Position numbers and translations under genes: made by a program | Shown here: positions 35,808 to 36,212 of the stretch, in pieces | Position numbering within the stretch: position 1 is the first letter of the stretch | How the letters are laid out: each line of letters begins with the position of its first letter | Notes under the pieces: generated by a model | What the model saw: the letters and a program-made list of their open reading frames with translations, nothing else | The model's database searches: none | What the model was told of the DNA's origin: nothing | NCBI GenBank assembly: GCA_964360975.1 | Contig: CAYHYY010000004.1 | Coordinates: 1-36,212 of the forward strand | Direction of reading: 5' to 3' | From: an uncultured Candidatus Saccharibacteria bacterium | GTDB taxonomy: Bacteria; Patescibacteriota; Minisyncoccia; Phycocordibacterales; Phycocordibacteraceae | DNA length: 36,212 nt

Positions 35808-36123
35808 TACTATCCATGAGCTATAGCTAATGGATAGTAAACTACCCCGCAGCAGAGCTGCGAGGCATTAAGAAAGCAGCTCTGCTGCGGGGACCGGGGT
35901 AGTTTTCTGGATATGGATGCGGCCTCCGCCGCTCTTTTTATCTGTCCATTCATCCCCAGAGCAGAGCTCTGGGGCATTCTGGACGGCCAGTAAAAACGCC
36001 GCCCGTTCGACAGTCCCCCGGACTGTCGAACTCCCCGCCCCAAAGGAGACGAGGCATTCTGGCATCCGCCAGTAAATCACGACACTACCATATATGGTAG
36101 TGCTGGCGTGGTAAGCAAAGCTT
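35808..36123 (-). repeat. structured mosaic repeat, copy 4 (Y + X + long hairpin + terminal palindrome)
   Basis: Read on the minus strand. The Y module spans 36123-35998 (palindrome 36106-36080, CTGGC-GGAT-GCCAG 36072-36059, P1 36054-36033, P2 36031-36005). It is followed by the X module (35978-35893), a 17-bp hairpin (35892-35845) and the terminal palindrome (35839-35808). Confidence 0.7.
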
Positions 36124-36180
36124 CCCCCACCAGCACTCGGAAAGAATGAACATGAGGTATATTCATTCTCTTCCTCGTTT

Positions 36181-36212
36181 GGCGTGGTAGTTTTCTGGAT
36201 ATGGATGCGGCC
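36181..36212 (-). repeat. partial further X module (copy 5), truncated by the window edge
   Basis: GGCGTGGTAGTTTTCTGGATATGGATGCGGCC closely matches 35895-35926, so the array continues beyond the window. Confidence 0.6.

Noticed and set aside
35998-36123. Copies 1 and 4 were considered as a diversity-generating retroelement TR/VR pair.
   Set aside because: Mismatches are not adenine-specific. Neither copy lies in a coding 3' end, and no reverse transcriptase is present in the window.

Overview
Mostly core chromosome from a small-genome bacterium. Compact rpoB/rpoC, an RRM-type RNA-binding protein, many tiny membrane proteins, almost no Shine-Dalgarno motifs and TGA used as a stop suggest a CPR/Patescibacteria-like lineage (inference only). 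Minus-strand housekeeping block: rpoB-rpoC-dnaG-rpoD (19.1-29.2 kb), then trmD, khpA-like and rpsP (29.5-31.7 kb). Plus-strand genes include an ABC-2 exporter pair, dedA, prmC, hisS, a DEDDy exonuclease, a DsbA-like oxidoreductase and rnr; uppP is on the minus strand. A synthase-dependent exopolysaccharide locus spans 4.5-11.4 kb: NodB deacetylase, GH-like hydrolase, processive GT2 synthase, UDP-HexNAc 6-dehydrogenase and UXS-like decarboxylase. The main unexplained signal is a family of highly structured mosaic intergenic repeats, with at least 4 copies plus a partial fifth at the window edge: 18.7 kb, 30.7 kb, 31.8 kb and 35.8-36.2 kb. Their hairpins keep pairing through G.U or compensatory changes on one strand only, which points to a structured RNA or single-strand-active mobile element that I could not assign to any known family. 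The central copy lies beside a PD-(D/E)XK nuclease and two tiny ORFs. Other observations: many -10 boxes sit 6-8 nt from start codons (leaderless mRNAs), DnaG has lost 3 of 4 zinc ligands, RpoD has a poly-lysine N-terminus, an AstE/AspA-family gene has a frameshifted N-terminus, and a Pro-rich ORF is coupled to a Cys-rich mini-ORF. No rRNA, tRNA, CRISPR array, transposase or integrase was seen.
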